Shown piece by piece: positions 62,346 through 64,000 of a stretch of 64,000 bases of DNA. Origin of the DNA: Zootoca vivipara (lineage: Eukaryota); contig NC_083276.1 in assembly GCF_963506605.1 (NCBI RefSeq), forward strand, positions 78,368,001 to 78,432,000. The letters are read 5' to 3'. Below the pieces are notes generated by a model. That model saw only the letters and a program-made list of their open reading frames with translations. It was not told the DNA's origin and searched no databases. Made by a program: the position numbers and the translations under genes. Positions within the stretch are counted from its first letter, which is position 1. Each line of letters opens with the position of its first letter.

Positions 62346-62489
62346 CACCACCACCCATTATTCTTCAGTTCTGAAATTCTACCTAGTGAATTAGCTGGGA
62401 CTTGGGTCATTCTGGTTCTCTAAACACACAAACATACGGAAGAAAACCATTGTGGCTTTTCAGCTGCCATCAGCAGTATTAGTCTGACA

Positions 62490-63090
62490 CATCAATGGCG
62501 GGAAGTGCCTGCCTTGTCCCTCCCCAGCCACTTGTGGTGCCCAGGTAAGGCGGAGGAGGGGGCGGAAAGGGCACGCTGGCTTCCTCCTCCTCTTTTCTGG
62601 CTACGGCAAAACCCGACAGGCGGCTCCCTCTCATCGGGAAAGGAGAGAATCGCGGCGCAGCCAGGCAACCTCACGCGGAAGTCCGCAATCCCAGAGCTGC
62701 GGGAACTCTCTGAAACCGGAGACGACAACACACGGGAGTGGAGAGACCTAAACGAAGCGTTCTGGGGGTCCCTGAGCGATTGTTCCTCTCATGCTGCGGG
62801 ATCGAGCTGAGTTCTAGCAAGGAGAGATCTTGTCCTGATCTTGCTGCACGAGGGAAGGGGAGAGAAGCACTTGCATTTTTCCATCATGCAGGTAAGGGGG
62901 AAAAGAAAAAAGAAAAGCGCATATGCAAAGCCCCCTAGAGAGCCCGCCTTTTTTCAAACTGTTTCGGAAGCTTTCATGCGGTCCAGCCGCTTCGGCTCTT
63001 GCCTTTATGAACCCTGCTGGTCTGCCCAGTCGCCTTCGAGGCAAGGAGAAAACTGGCGCGGATCGAGCGAGGGCTGCCGGGAGCACCTGT
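62490..63090 (+). promoter_or_regulatory. CpG-rich promoter / first-exon region of a divergent gene
   Basis: Local CpG enrichment, GC boxes and ETS-like GGAAGT motifs, with no TE hallmarks. Confidence 0.55.
62886..62891 (+). CDS. ANO9: Probable 2-codon first coding exon (M-Q), possibly anoctamin-9
   Basis: ATC-ATG-CAG|GTAAGG (A at -3, consensus donor). As I recall, human ANO9 starts MQ and lies head-to-head with PTDSS2. Only 6 nt are visible, so the call rests on synteny. Confidence 0.45.
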
Positions 63091-64000
63091 AAGGTTGTGT
63101 GGCCAAGGGTGACCGGACAGAAAAATCTCTTGCTTTACTGACTGAGCTATGTAGAAGAATTGGGTTTCATTTGGGAACAGTTCATGCCCATCTATTTTTG
63201 CAAAGTGCACTCCCCCCCCCACATTAACTTCGATGCTGAAAGTATAAGGGTTTATGTTTATATTGGTGTGCAGCGGGATCCTGTGAAGCAACTGCCATTC
63301 GGTTCAGGAGGGGGTCCTTACTCTCAAGTAAGTTGGTATGGCATTGTAGCCTTAACTGCGATGGATACAACAATATTTAAACAGCTACTTGTTTTATTTT
63401 GTTGCTTAGCTTAAGTAGCTAACTGACAGTTGGGTAATTTATGTTAAATAAGCTTATCTACCTACCACTGCAATCAAAGTTTCCCAGGAGTTTCATACCT
63501 CCTAAGGCAAGGGTGGTGGCATAGTCCGCTGAGCACTGGCAGAGGGGGGGGAATAAGACTGTAGTTGGTTCTTCCTTCCTTATTATTTGTTCCCCGTTCC
63601 CATCATGTACACCTCCTTCCATTTACTCTGCATCCACTAGTGTGCTCCCCCTCTAACCAGTTTCGATTTGAATTGAGAAAAAGAAAGAACTAGTTGCCTT
63701 TTAAGCTGGTAGTGTGTACCCAGCCTGTAGCACTGAAGTTTGGATGCTGATGCTGCTCCGACCACAAAATAAGGAACCAGGAAACCACTCCAGTCCAATG
63801 ATTAACAACCATTACCTTTCCTTGAGAAACATTTTCTCAAGCACCATTATGTGTTACAGGATGGACTAGGCGTCACTAGGGAAAGAGATTACCTGATTAG
63901 ACAATGCAGTGGTTTGTGGAACTTCTTTATGCAGAAGCAGTGTCTGTACCTACCCTTTAAGCTTCCCCTGGACTTGTTCACTGTCTCTGTTCTACTCCTT

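Overview
Vertebrate genomic DNA from a squamate reptile, probably a lizard (Sauria SINEs and RTE-BovB are present). The minus strand carries a complete 12-exon PTDSS2 gene (phosphatidylserine synthase 2; CDS 48552->10794, 1500 nt, 499 aa, all introns GT-AG). A probable divergent gene start lies at about 62.5-62.9 kb, possibly ANO9 exon 1. The most notable feature lies between them: a very young, intact head-to-tail dimer of a Neptune-type Penelope-like retroelement (51587-57620). It has a 3030-bp period, two intact 901-aa RT+GIY-YIG ORFs and one target-site duplication (TSD) around the whole dimer. Each unit ends in a minimal hammerhead ribozyme preceded by a TATA/Inr-like core promoter. The geometry is two units minus 26 nt, with ribozyme cuts exactly one unit apart. 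This suggests copying from a ribozyme-processed circular or multimeric RNA. At least four related TSD-flanked ribozyme/leader insertions lie in PTDSS2 introns. The rest is nested SINEs, LINE fragments and hAT/TcMar MITEs, including one hAT element carrying a CpG-island/promoter-like cargo. All calls come from reading the sequence; no searches were run.
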